Shown here: in pieces, positions 39,713-49,046 of the stretch
How positions within the stretch are numbered: the stretch's first letter is position 1
Layout of the letters: each line of letters starts with the position of its first letter
From: Gemmatimonadota bacterium
Lineage (GTDB): Bacteria; Gemmatimonadota; Gemmatimonadetes; Palauibacterales; Palauibacteraceae
Length of the DNA stretch: 64,000 nt
Reading direction: 5' to 3'
NCBI GenBank assembly: GCA_965116475.1
Contig: OZ220691.1
Coordinates: forward strand, 672,001 to 736,000
The notes under the pieces: generated by a model
What the model was told of the DNA's origin: nothing
Databases searched by the model: none
Seen by the model: the letters and a program-made list of their open reading frames with translations, nothing else
Position numbers and translations under genes: made by a program

Positions 39713-41038
39713 ATGCAAGACTTTCTGAATCTCCTGGCCGCCCCGGTCGTGATGGCGGGCGTCTTCTTCGTCGTCGTACTCGTGGCGATCATCACCATCA
39801 AGAACCTGATCGTGATCGTTCCCCCCAACCGCGCGGCCGTGATCACGGGCCGGAACCGCATGCTGACCGACGGGCAGGCCGTCGGCTACCGCTCCATCTC
39901 GGGCGGGCGCACGCTCCGGATCCCGATCATCGAGACCGTCCAGCACATGAACCTCGAGACGATCCCCATCGAGGTCTTCGTCAACAACGCCTTCTCGAAG
40001 GGAAACATCCCGCTCAGCGTGGAGGCGATCGCGAACGTGAAGATCGCATCGGAGCCCGAGTGGGTGTTCAACAACTCGGTGGAGCGCCTGCTGGGGAAGA
40101 CGGAGGAGGAGGTGCGGGAGCTGGCGCAGGACACCCTGACCGGGAACCTGCGGGGTGTGCTCGCCACGCTCACGCCGGAAGCCGTGAACGAGGACCGGCT
40201 GGGCTTCGCCAAGGCGCTGGCGGAGGACGCGGGGGAGGACCTCGCGTCGCTGGGCTTCCATCTCGACGTGCTCAAGATCCAGAACGTGAGCGACGAGCGC
40301 GGCTACCTCGACGCGATCGGGCGCGAGAAGTCGGCCGAGGCGATCCGGCAGGCGGAGATCGCCGAGGCGCAGGCGGAGGCCGACACGCGCGAGGCGCAGG
40401 CCGAGGCGAGGCGGCGCGCCGAGGTGCGGGAGGCCGCGGCCTCGATCAAGATCGCCGAGGCCCAGAACGAGTTGCGGGTGCGCAAGGCCGAACTGCACCG
40501 CGAGGGCGACACCGCCGAGAAGATCGCGCGCGTGAAGGCGCAGGAGGCCGAGGTCGAGGCCGAGAAGATCCTCGAGATGAAGCGCGTGGAGCGCGAGGAG
40601 CAGCGGCTGCGGGCGGACGTGATCGAGCCCGCCAAGGCCGAGAAGATGGCCGCGTTCGCGCGGGCCGAGGCCGAGGCGGCCCCGATCCTGGAGCGCGGAA
40701 AGGCCCAGGTCGAGGTCCTGAAGCGGCTCTACGCCGAGGTCCAGACCGGAGGCGAGGCCGCGTTCGCCGTGTTCATGGCCGAGAAGCTCCCCGAACTGCT
40801 CGAGATCGCCGTCGGCGCCGTGGAGGGCGTGGACATCGACCGCGTCGTCGTCATGGACGGTGGCCAGGGCAAGGGCGTATCCAACGCCCTCAACCAGCGC
40901 GTGCGCGGCGCCTACGGGACGATGGAGGGACTGGCGTCGGTGCTGGGCCTCGACATCCAGGAGGTCCTCCAGCGGGCGGTCGGTTCCGGAGACGCGGACG
41001 GCGGCGAGGGATCAGCCCCCGAGCTTCCCCCCGCCTAG
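39713..41038 (+). CDS. Flotillin/SPFH domain protein
   Basis: SPFH domain (ANVKI, GNLRGVLA, IQNVSD) and an AEA coiled coil. Confidence 0.93.
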   Translation: MQDFLNLLAAPVVMAGVFFVVVLVAIITIKNLIVIVPPNRAAVITGRNRMLTDGQAVGYRSISGGRTLRIPIIETVQHMNLETIPIEVFVNNAFSKGNIPLSVEAIANVKIASEPEWVFNNSVERLLGKTEEEVRELAQDTLTGNLRGVLATLTPEAVNEDRLGFAKALAEDAGEDLASLGFHLDVLKIQNVSDERGYLDAIGREKSAEAIRQAEIAEAQAEADTREAQAEARRRAEVREAAASIKIAEAQNELRVRKAELHREGDTAEKIARVKAQEAEVEAEKILEMKRVEREEQRLRADVIEPAKAEKMAAFARAEAEAAPILERGKAQVEVLKRLYAEVQTGGEAAFAVFMAEKLPELLEIAVGAVEGVDIDRVVVMDGGQGKGVSNALNQRVRGAYGTMEGLASVLGLDIQEVLQRAVGSGDADGGEGSAPELPPA

Positions 41039-41084
41039 CCCCGGAATCCTCACGAGGGGCGATCCGTGAGAGATGTCGAGCGCG

Positions 41085-42197
41085 TCAACCTGGCTTCTCC
41101 ACGCGCACGCTGAGCTTTGCGATGCGCCACGGCGGGAAACTGCTGTTCTGGAGAAGATAGAGATGCCTGCCACCCCCCAGGACCCTCGAGTCCTCCGGCA
41201 ACGGCACCTCCTCGTACAGCTTGCGGCCCGTGTGCCGGTCGTAGATGTCGAGGGATGAATGATACTCCCCGAAGGGTCCGCCGGACTCGGGGTAACCAAA
41301 ACGACCATGCACCACGACGAGATGGGAATCCACAACTGCGATGTGCGAGATGGTGCCGCGCCCTCCGAGCAGTTCTGGCATCTGCGTGGGGTATGCGCCC
41401 GGGTTGAAGGCACCCGGCTCGAACACGGGGATCGGATCGAACGTGGAGGGAGGAACGCCGATCTGGCCGATCGAGTCGCCTGCGGCGTTCAGAATCGTCA
41501 CCGGGTAGCGCAGGGAATACGCCATATAGATGGAGTCGCCCGCTACGTCGAATGAGAAGCGCACCAGCGACGCCCAGTACGGTCTCTCCACGGGAATGAA
41601 CGGGAAGGTATAGCCGCTCCACGCTATCTCGTCAGCTGCCAGCCGATGCAGCAGTCGAGGCTGCTGCACGAACCGTGACACACCCTGAGTCGCCTCCGTG
41701 AAGAGCTTGATCCCCACCAGCAGATCGGAACCGATTTGTTCAATCCCTGACGGGATACCGGGGAGTTGTACGATGGTATCCGGCACGAGGTTCGCCGTGA
41801 GGTAGGTGAGGCGCGGCCCGGAGCCCAACACGGCGACCCGCCCCCTTGCGGTCTCGGTCAAGCCGTTGATCCTCCGGAACTCGAACGGGCCGTCGCCGAA
41901 TCGACCAAAAGCCGCCTCGAGCCGCCCCTGTGCGTCGTAGCTGCGGACCCTGGGGAGCTGCCCCTCGCCAAGCAGGAAGCCACCATCGGCCCGCTCCTTA
42001 AAGATCCCCGGAGTCGCGATCGAATCCTGCGGATTCTCGCTGAGCGTGATAATGACTTCGGTCTCGAACGCCTCATCGAGCGCGGCCCGCAGTGGCGGCA
42101 ACGGGTCGGGCGCCCTCCCGCACGCCAGGAGGGGCAAGACGGCCGCGCACGCCATCGTGCGGAGCGCACCGGCTCGTTCGCGGGCGAGCGTAACCAC
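41085..42197 (-). CDS. 6-bladed beta-propeller lipoprotein
   Basis: LLAC lipobox, FGRFGDGPFEF, C-terminal FPPWRIAKL. Confidence 0.78.
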   Translation of the reverse strand: MVTLARERAGALRTMACAAVLPLLACGRAPDPLPPLRAALDEAFETEVIITLSENPQDSIATPGIFKERADGGFLLGEGQLPRVRSYDAQGRLEAAFGRFGDGPFEFRRINGLTETARGRVAVLGSGPRLTYLTANLVPDTIVQLPGIPSGIEQIGSDLLVGIKLFTEATQGVSRFVQQPRLLHRLAADEIAWSGYTFPFIPVERPYWASLVRFSFDVAGDSIYMAYSLRYPVTILNAAGDSIGQIGVPPSTFDPIPVFEPGAFNPGAYPTQMPELLGGRGTISHIAVVDSHLVVVHGRFGYPESGGPFGEYHSSLDIYDRHTGRKLYEEVPLPEDSRVLGGGRHLYLLQNSSFPPWRIAKLSVRVEKPG

Positions 42198-42200
42198 CGG

Positions 42201-42461
42201 CTATCGAACCACGATTTCCGGGATGCAGCACATCTCCAGCGCCGTGTAGCACGACCAGCCTCCGCATTGCCCGTCCCAGGGATCGCGGTGTTCCAGATCC
42301 ACGCACGGGCTGCCGAGTTCGTCCTCCCACTCCTCGACGCACGGATCCGTGCCCTCCTGCCCATCCAGCGCCGCCGGACCGACGGTTGTGGATGCGACGG
42401 CGAGTATGAAGGCCACCGCCAGCGCGGTGGCGATACGTGTGAACAGTGCGAACTTGTCCAT
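42201..42461 (-). CDS. Small secreted Cys-rich acidic peptide 2 (86 aa)
   Basis: AAGGAG RBS and signal peptide. Mature region has Cx11Cx12Cx4Cx6CC. Confidence 0.78.
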   Translation of the reverse strand: MDKFALFTRIATALAVAFILAVASTTVGPAALDGQEGTDPCVEEWEDELGSPCVDLEHRDPWDGQCGGWSCYTALEMCCIPEIVVR

Positions 42462-42473
42462 GTTGTCTGCTCC

Positions 42474-43076
42474 TTACGGATTCGAGGATTGGGTACGTAT
42501 GAGGCCCGTCGTGAGCGTCCCTCGTAGCGCGCCCACTTGGGCTTCGAAGCTCCAGCCGCAGTCCGAGGCGGCGGTCCTGGAATCGGCCAGCACCACGACT
42601 CCGGCACCGTCAACGAGAAGCTTCGTGTTAGGGAGAAGCGGACCGAACACAGCTTCCAGATCTTGTCGCGACGCTAAGGTGAACGTCGTGCCGCGAAGCG
42701 CCCGTCGCGCCTCATCGGGCACGTCATGATCACCGAACACCACGACATGGCGCTTCAGCAAAGGATCGTCCCCAAGAGCATTCCACACGGCGACCCTGGC
42801 ATTCAAGCAGGTCCGGCACCGCGCGAGATCGACGATCCAAAGCAGGTGAGCGTCCGCGGCGTCCGGTCTCTCGAGATCGAATGAAGACAGGGATACCGAG
42901 GTTCCGACCAGACGATCCCGGACGTTCGCCCGCTCGACCAGCGGGGTCGTCAACTGCAGCTTCGCCACAAGCTCGCGGTTGGATGAGGCCACGCTCCAAA
43001 CCAAGACCGCTCCGCCGAGTACCAGCCCGAATACGGCCAAGTCCAAGAGCGGTCTAAGGGACTTTCCTACCACCAC
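42474..43076 (-). CDS. Membrane-anchored thioredoxin-fold protein (CxxC)
   Basis: N-terminal TM, DLARCRTC, LPNTKLLVDGAGVV. Confidence 0.65.
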   Translation of the reverse strand: MVVGKSLRPLLDLAVFGLVLGGAVLVWSVASSNRELVAKLQLTTPLVERANVRDRLVGTSVSLSSFDLERPDAADAHLLWIVDLARCRTCLNARVAVWNALGDDPLLKRHVVVFGDHDVPDEARRALRGTTFTLASRQDLEAVFGPLLPNTKLLVDGAGVVVLADSRTAASDCGWSFEAQVGALRGTLTTGLIRTQSSNP

Positions 43077-43248
43077 TAGCGTCTCCCCCTTGCGACGAAA
43101 CCGGGTTTCTCCTCAGCCCCAGGTTGAGCTTCTCGGCAACTCGGCCACAAGGTCCCCAAATGGATGACATCTGACTGAACGTCATCCGATCAGGCGACAT
43201 CCACCTGCGGCCCCTCGGTCCGGCCTCGGCGCAACCGACGCGGCCTCC

Positions 43249-44460
43249 CTAGCGCACGATTTCGTAGTGCACGACGTAGGGGATGTCGAGCGCGTCCACC
43301 TCCACCACCCAGGCTTCGTTCCGGTTCGCGTAGTCTATGTGCCACGTGGCGGGTAGCCGGAAGCGGCCGATGGAAGCCCCCGACGCATCGAGCACGAGCC
43401 ACTCACGCTCGCCGTCTTCGTCCAGGCCGGCGATCCATGCGGTGCCGTCGCTGCCCACCACGACGTAGGCAACGGGAGGAAGATAGCGAGTTTGATCGAA
43501 GAACTCGCGTACGGCGTTCGTAAACGCACGCCGGCCAGCTACGACTTCAGACGTCTCCGGATAACCGAACATCTTCTCGATCTCGCCATCGTAGTAGCCG
43601 TCCGGGACGGGGCGCGGTGGATAGGCGAGGCGACGGTGGAACAGGGTGTCGCCGTTTGAACCCACCATTGTCACGCCGAACTCGGCGGGGCCTTCGCCTG
43701 CCCACGTCGCGCCGTCGACGACCACTGCGCGCGACCTGTCCGGCGCGAATCGCCATACGTCCCCTGTTTCAATGGGGTGACCCAGGCGCACCGTTCCATC
43801 TTCCACCAACCCGGCCGAAACCTCGACTGAAGTCGGCACCGACAGCAGCGCAAGCGTGTCGAGCAGGGCGCCCGCCGTGTCCAACACCACGATGGGTACG
43901 GTCGTGAGGATCCCTTGCTCGGGAGCCCCTTCGGAGGGCCGCCCGGCGGCCGCTGTGCGTGATCCGGACAGCGCGACGACCGGTACAAGTCGTGCCGTTC
44001 CGTGCGCGTCCGGTGAGTACGCATGGTAGGGGATCGTCCTCACCTCACCGGTGACAACATCATAGAACGTGAAGCGCCGCAGTTCTGCGTCCCCGATCGA
44101 TAGGATCCCCGGTTCGATCCACCCCATCGTCGTCGGGCTTGCCAGTTCGCCGGGGCCCGACCCGCGGCGCCCGAGGTCGCGAACGAACTCGCCGTCACGA
44201 GTGAAGACCCGGATCATACCATCCCGTGCTAAGACGACGTACACATGGTCCTGGTCGGCCAACACCCCGCCGACGGCCCAGAGTCCCTGCACCGGATCAT
44301 CCGAGCTTCCGATGGCGAGACCCCGCCGCAGGGTCCACTCCGGTATCTCGCCGATCCCCTCGTCCGACGCGGGGGCGGCGCAGGCGAGCGCCATGGTCGC
44401 AAGGAAGACACTCCCGGCAAGTCGTCGCGACGCACCCATGCGGGCGGAGGTCTTCGTCAA
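43249..44460 (-). CDS. 6-bladed beta-propeller lipoprotein
   Basis: ALAC lipobox, GRRGSGPGE, DGTAWI, C-terminal DALDIPYV. Confidence 0.8.
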   Translation of the reverse strand: MTKTSARMGASRRLAGSVFLATMALACAAPASDEGIGEIPEWTLRRGLAIGSSDDPVQGLWAVGGVLADQDHVYVVLARDGMIRVFTRDGEFVRDLGRRGSGPGELASPTTMGWIEPGILSIGDAELRRFTFYDVVTGEVRTIPYHAYSPDAHGTARLVPVVALSGSRTAAAGRPSEGAPEQGILTTVPIVVLDTAGALLDTLALLSVPTSVEVSAGLVEDGTVRLGHPIETGDVWRFAPDRSRAVVVDGATWAGEGPAEFGVTMVGSNGDTLFHRRLAYPPRPVPDGYYDGEIEKMFGYPETSEVVAGRRAFTNAVREFFDQTRYLPPVAYVVVGSDGTAWIAGLDEDGEREWLVLDASGASIGRFRLPATWHIDYANRNEAWVVEVDALDIPYVVHYEIVR

Positions 44461-44537
44461 CAGCTCTGCGCGGTCAGCAACCCCGCGCGGAACGCAAGAA
44501 CGAGAACCGTGAGGCCTGGACCGCTACCGTGATTCAC
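44457..44537 (-). pseudogene. Collapsed propeller gene (signal peptide fused to the last codons)
   Basis: VNHGSGPGLTVLVLAFRAGLLTAQSC* matches the 48243 signal peptide GLTVLVSALCTGSLTAQ. SC* matches the family C-terminus. Confidence 0.55.
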
Positions 44538-44571
44538 GAGTGCATGGAAGCTGCAGAGGGCCACCGATGGT

Positions 44572-45621
44572 TCAGCAGCTCCGGCGGGACACGTCGGCGT
44601 CGAGCCGCAGCGTCATCACGTAGTCGATGCCCAGGGGATCGGACGCCACGGCGTGGATGACGCCGGAGGGGCCGACCTCTGTTACCGCCACGGGATAGGG
44701 TACGGAGGCCGAACCGAGATACACGCCGCAGTGGTCCACCAGATCCCAGGTCGACCTATTGGGATCCGCCGCGCGTCTGGCCCAGATCCAGCCTTCGGGC
44801 GAGACATCCAGTTCCGCCGGATCCGGCTGCGGAATCTCGATGGTGCGGAGCGTATCGCCGGCGATGGTCAGTTCATGCAGCAGGGGTTCACCAGGGGGGG
44901 CCAGCCAAACCGTACCCTCCGGTGAAGCCGTCCAGGCGATCTGGGCACGCGTGGGCCTTATCATCGTGAGCGTAATTGTCCCGCGCGTGGACGCGCCCGC
45001 CGTTTCAACCGTGCGCCGCGTGCCGTCCGTGGCCATGGCACGCGCGTCGATTCTCAGTGTGTCGCCAGACAACGCATAGTCCTGCGTGATCCCGCCACGG
45101 GCCACGTAGCTGTACGTTGAGTCCCCGAAGACTCTGTACTGTTGTTCGTATACCCGGCCCTGTCTGTCGACGGCCATCACTACGGTGATCGGCTGAGTGG
45201 GGTTGCGGCGCAGGTCCGGCACCGTCGTGCTTCGCGCATGTTCCACGCCAAGCGAATCCAGGACCGACTGAAACACGCTATCGTCAATCCACAGCCGACC
45301 CCGACCCTCGTCCCAAGTCACGCGAGCGGGAAACTGGCGTCTGTGCCGCCGTTCGCCCGGCCCCTCGCCCTCGGGGGCAAGCCGACGAATGAACTCGCCG
45401 TCGCGGTCGAACAGGCGCACGTCCCTCCAGCCGGGATCGAGTACGTAGATGCGACCGGCTGAATCCACCGCGAGATCGTGGATGTCGCCGAACACATCGG
45501 GTCCCGACCCTTCGGCACGCCCGAGGCGCGACTCCTCGATCAGGTGGAATTCGCGAGTCTGGGCGGCAAGCGAGGACGCCGAAACCAGCAAGGCAAACGT
45601 GATGGCTGTCGCTGACTTCAC
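44572..45621 (-). CDS. Secreted 6-bladed beta-propeller protein
   Basis: GAGGAG RBS and GTG (MKSATA...), LAVDSAGRIYVLD, GEGPGE, DPLGIDYV. Confidence 0.8.
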   Translation of the reverse strand: MKSATAITFALLVSASSLAAQTREFHLIEESRLGRAEGSGPDVFGDIHDLAVDSAGRIYVLDPGWRDVRLFDRDGEFIRRLAPEGEGPGERRHRRQFPARVTWDEGRGRLWIDDSVFQSVLDSLGVEHARSTTVPDLRRNPTQPITVVMAVDRQGRVYEQQYRVFGDSTYSYVARGGITQDYALSGDTLRIDARAMATDGTRRTVETAGASTRGTITLTMIRPTRAQIAWTASPEGTVWLAPPGEPLLHELTIAGDTLRTIEIPQPDPAELDVSPEGWIWARRAADPNRSTWDLVDHCGVYLGSASVPYPVAVTEVGPSGVIHAVASDPLGIDYVMTLRLDADVSRRSC

Positions 45622-45669
45622 CGAACTCCTCTTCGGGGCAGGAATCTCGACCTGGAACGGCACGATAAG

Positions 45670-45700
45670 GTATGGACCCGGCCGACGCTCGGAAGGTCAC
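45670..45700 (-). promoter_or_regulatory. Putative ECF promoter GTGACC-N17-GTCCATAC (copy A)
   Basis: Conserved boxes with a fixed 17-nt spacer, upstream of the 45621 start. Confidence 0.7.
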
Positions 45701-45749
45701 GAGGTTGGCGTGCGGCCAAGGCCGGACCTCTCTCGGCAGCGACGTCAGG

Positions 45750-46769
45750 CTACTTGGTCCAGACGACAACCACGCCGCATCGCGAATCGGACCCGCCGAA
45801 TTCGGCCGGAAGCGACGCCGCCCCCCGGTACACCTCTACTCCGGCCACCTCGATGGGAAGCACCAAAGCGTCGAGGGAGGAACTCCCAACCTGGATGTTG
45901 TCCAGATACACAGCCATGGTGCAACCTGCACGAGCGTTGAACATCCCAGCCCGAACGCTGGGGAGTTCCTCTATCATATTCGAGATTCGCAGCGGTCTCC
46001 GACGCTCGATGTCCGCAGCCGTATAGAAGGTCCCGAGGCCGAGCAACTCTCCCCAGTGTTGCCGCTCGTAGAAGCCCTTGATCTCCAGACGTCGCGACCG
46101 CGTGGTCGACACCACCAGGGGCTCCAGTTCCATCGGCTCCCGCACAAGGCTGATCTCCAACTCCGTCGTGCGTCCGGTGGTCACGTCAACCGCGTGGCGA
46201 AGCGGCGCGTAGCCGAGCCGTCGAACCTGTAGCTCGTGCCGCCCCGCCGGCACGCCGGTCAGCCGGAACAAGCCCTGTCTGTCGCTTGCGACCTCCGTCG
46301 GCCGGCCGACGACGCTCACGGCCGCCGTCTCCACGGGACGCCCGGTCTCCGTGTCGACCAAGCGCCCGATCAGACGTCCCGACCGAACCGAACTCAGGAT
46401 CCGCAGGCGGACCTCTCGCTCCTCCCCGGCTACGATGCCCTCCGGCGCCGCCTGCCCGCTCGAATGATCCCCGAATTCCGCCCACACGACCGCCTGACTC
46501 GCGTCGCGCGGAACGCACAACCGAAGGCGGCCGTTGGCATCCGTCGCCTCTCGCACCGGCATTCGTTCCGCATCGGTCCAGCGAAGAACTACCGTGGCGC
46601 CGGGCAGTACGATACTCCCGGATTCGTCCAGCACGGTGACAAGAAGCGAGGCCGACTGACCGCAAGCCGCCTGCTGGGCCGCGGTCGGGGCCGAGTTGGC
46701 CAGCAAAGCGGCTGAAGCAATAATCCCACATGTACTTAGAGGTCGGCACCTGGACGACCAAAGATTCAT
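45750..46769 (-). CDS. Carboxypeptidase-regulatory-like + TonB-plug domain protein (no barrel)
   Basis: GGGAGG RBS, signal peptide, two CarboxypepD_reg-like domains, GFYER, C-terminal IEVAGVEVYRG...CGVVVVWTK. Confidence 0.8.
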   Translation of the reverse strand: MNLWSSRCRPLSTCGIIASAALLANSAPTAAQQAACGQSASLLVTVLDESGSIVLPGATVVLRWTDAERMPVREATDANGRLRLCVPRDASQAVVWAEFGDHSSGQAAPEGIVAGEEREVRLRILSSVRSGRLIGRLVDTETGRPVETAAVSVVGRPTEVASDRQGLFRLTGVPAGRHELQVRRLGYAPLRHAVDVTTGRTTELEISLVREPMELEPLVVSTTRSRRLEIKGFYERQHWGELLGLGTFYTAADIERRRPLRISNMIEELPSVRAGMFNARAGCTMAVYLDNIQVGSSSLDALVLPIEVAGVEVYRGAASLPAEFGGSDSRCGVVVVWTK

Positions 46770-46825
46770 GTCTTTCCTCCCGTACACCCGGCCAACTCCG
46801 TCTCGATTAGATGCGGCACGACAAC

Positions 46826-46856
46826 GTATGGACGTGGAGAGCGCCCGGCAGGTCAC
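46826..46856 (-). promoter_or_regulatory. Putative ECF promoter (copy B)
   Basis: GTGACC-N17-GTCCATAC. Confidence 0.7.
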
Positions 46857-46949
46857 GAAGCCGAGAGGAAGTGATGGTGTCCTGATGCGGGGGGATCGCG
46901 AGGCCGAGCAACTCTCCCTAGCTGAGCGTGAGCTCGGGCCGACGTCGCG

Positions 46950-47170
46950 CTATCGGGTCCACACTACGATGGCACCGCACCGCGCGTCGGACCCGGCGAA
47001 CTCCCCCGGGAGCGACGCCGCACCCTTGTACACTTCAACGGCGGCGACCTCCCTGAGCGAGATCGGTACGGGCATTCCTCTCAAATCAATCCCGTCGAGG
47101 TAGTACTTCATCGGGCACGGCCGACCGGAGAACCCTGCGCTCAAGCGTCGATTGCGCAGGTTCGAGGTTA
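46950..47170 (-). pseudogene. C-terminal fragment of a plug-only protein
   Basis: RNRRLSAGFSGRPCPMKYYLDG...CGAIVVWTR with no N-terminal part. Confidence 0.75.
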
Positions 47171-47181
47171 ATGCTGCATAG

Positions 47182-48243
47182 CTAGCAGACCTGTCTCACG
47201 ACGTCCGTTTCGAGCCGTAGGCGCAGGATGTACTCGAAGTCCAAGGCCCCCGACGCCACGACATGGATGCGGCCGCCGGCACCCACCTTGGTCAGAGACA
47301 CACGGTGCCGTACTGCTACGAAGCCACGGTACGCGCCGCAGTTGTCCAAGAGATCCCAGGTACTGGTTGCATCGGAGTCCGGCTGGCGCCTGATCCAGAA
47401 CCAACCCTCCGGTGAGACGTCCAGTTCCGCCCACTCGGCGGCGCCCGCTATTCTCCCCGGCAAGATCGTGCGTAGCGTGTCACCCGCAAACGACAGCTGT
47501 TGCAGGCGTCTTTCGTTGATACTTCCCACCCACAACTCACCGCCGGGGGACACCGCCCCGACGGTCTTCGGAGCTTCCGTCCGCGTGACAACCACCGTCA
47601 CTGAACCAGCGCCGGTAGTGCTGGTTCGTGGTACACCCTCACTATCGGCCGTCGCTTCGACCACGAGCATGGCGTCATGTGTGATCGCATACTCCGAATC
47701 GGCCGTACCGCGCGCGGCGTATCGGTACGTCGAATCCCGGTTCGGAGAGGGTCCCCACAGGAACTGGTACAGGCGACCCTGCGGATCCACTCCGACCACC
47801 GTCCCAAGGGGTGCCGTATTGGGCGGGACGAAACTCGGTGCCCGAACCTCGCGCGCATACTCGGTTCCGAGTGAATCGAGCACCAGGCGCTGCAGTCCAT
47901 CATCGATCCACAGCCGATCCCTGTGCGCGTCCCATGTGACCCGAGTCGACCCGATGTTCCAGTATTGCCTTTCTCCGGGTCCCCCACCCTCGGGTGCGAG
48001 CCGTCTGACGAATCGCCCGTCGCGGTCGAAGAGCCGTACCTCCTTCCACCCCACGTCCGCTACGTAGATCCGGCCCTCAGGATCGACCGTGAGGTCATGG
48101 ATGTCGGCAAACACGTCGGGGCCGGATCCTTGGATCCGGCCCAGCCGCAGCTCCTCCGCCAAGTGCATTTCGGCGTTCTGCGCGGTCAGCGACCCCGTGC
48201 AGAGCGCCGAAACGAGAACGGTGAGGCCTGTCGCTGACTTCAC
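47182..48243 (-). CDS. Secreted 6-bladed beta-propeller protein (paralog of 44572..45621)
   Basis: MKSATGL..., GSGPDVF, LTVDPEGRIYV, GGGPGE. Confidence 0.8.
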   Translation of the reverse strand: MKSATGLTVLVSALCTGSLTAQNAEMHLAEELRLGRIQGSGPDVFADIHDLTVDPEGRIYVADVGWKEVRLFDRDGRFVRRLAPEGGGPGERQYWNIGSTRVTWDAHRDRLWIDDGLQRLVLDSLGTEYAREVRAPSFVPPNTAPLGTVVGVDPQGRLYQFLWGPSPNRDSTYRYAARGTADSEYAITHDAMLVVEATADSEGVPRTSTTGAGSVTVVVTRTEAPKTVGAVSPGGELWVGSINERRLQQLSFAGDTLRTILPGRIAGAAEWAELDVSPEGWFWIRRQPDSDATSTWDLLDNCGAYRGFVAVRHRVSLTKVGAGGRIHVVASGALDFEYILRLRLETDVVRQVC

Positions 48244-48295
48244 TGCGCCTCCTGTTCGGGGCGGGGGGTCTCGCCGGGTCTCCCGTGTGGCTCCG

Positions 48296-48930
48296 CTACT
48301 TCGTCCAGATCACCACGGCACCGCAGCGAGCGTCGGAGCCGGCGAACTCGGCGGGGAGGGAGGCCGGTCCGTCATACACTTCGATGCCCGCGATCTCCAC
48401 CGGCAGGACCAGTTCGTCCAGCTGCCCGCTCGGCATTCTGATGCCATCAAGGTACACGTAGAGTTGGCAGCCTCCGGTCGAGAACCCCCCCGCCGACCTC
48501 CTCGTGCTTTCGAGTACGCAGCCACGGATGCCGCTTCCGCTGCAGCGCAGGCGCATTCCGGGGACATCGGCGATCATGCGCGTGATGCGGACGGGACGTC
48601 GGCGCTCGATATCATCGACCGTGAAGAAGGTGCCACCACCGGTCAGTTCGCCCCAGTGCCTGCGTTCGTAGAAGCCTCGGATCTCGAGATTGCGCGGCCT
48701 GATCACCGTCGCCACGATCGGCGGCAGCGCCATGGCGTCCGGCGAGAGGCCGAGTTCGACTTCCGTGGTGAACCCTTGTTGCACGGACACCGCGTGGGCG
48801 AGGGGTGCGTATCCGAGATGCCGCACCGACAGTTCGTGTTCGCCGACCGGGAGCCCGCTGAGGACGAACCGACCCCTCTGGTCCGTCTGTACAACCTGCG
48901 TCCGGCCGGACACGGAAATCGCAGCCGCGA
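48296..48930 (-). pseudogene. 5'-truncated plug-only protein
   Basis: Homology begins at AAISVSGR. Start, signal peptide and first domain are missing, and an inverted fragment lies at 48931-48965. Confidence 0.72.
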
Positions 48931-48974
48931 CCACCGTGCTCCGCTGGACGGACGCGGAGCGACGGCACGATACC

Positions 48975-49005
48975 GTATGGACATCGCGAGCGCTCGGAAG
49001 GTCAC
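48975..49005 (-). promoter_or_regulatory. Putative ECF promoter (copy C)
   Basis: GTGACC-N17-GTCCATAC. Confidence 0.7.
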
Positions 49006-49046
49006 GAAGGCGGCGGAGCGCGATGCCGTCTCGATGCGGTGGATCG

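Noticed and set aside
43162-43187. GGATGAC-N12-GTCATCC inverted repeat
   Set aside because: Single 7-bp arm, no U-tract and no second copy; could be chance.
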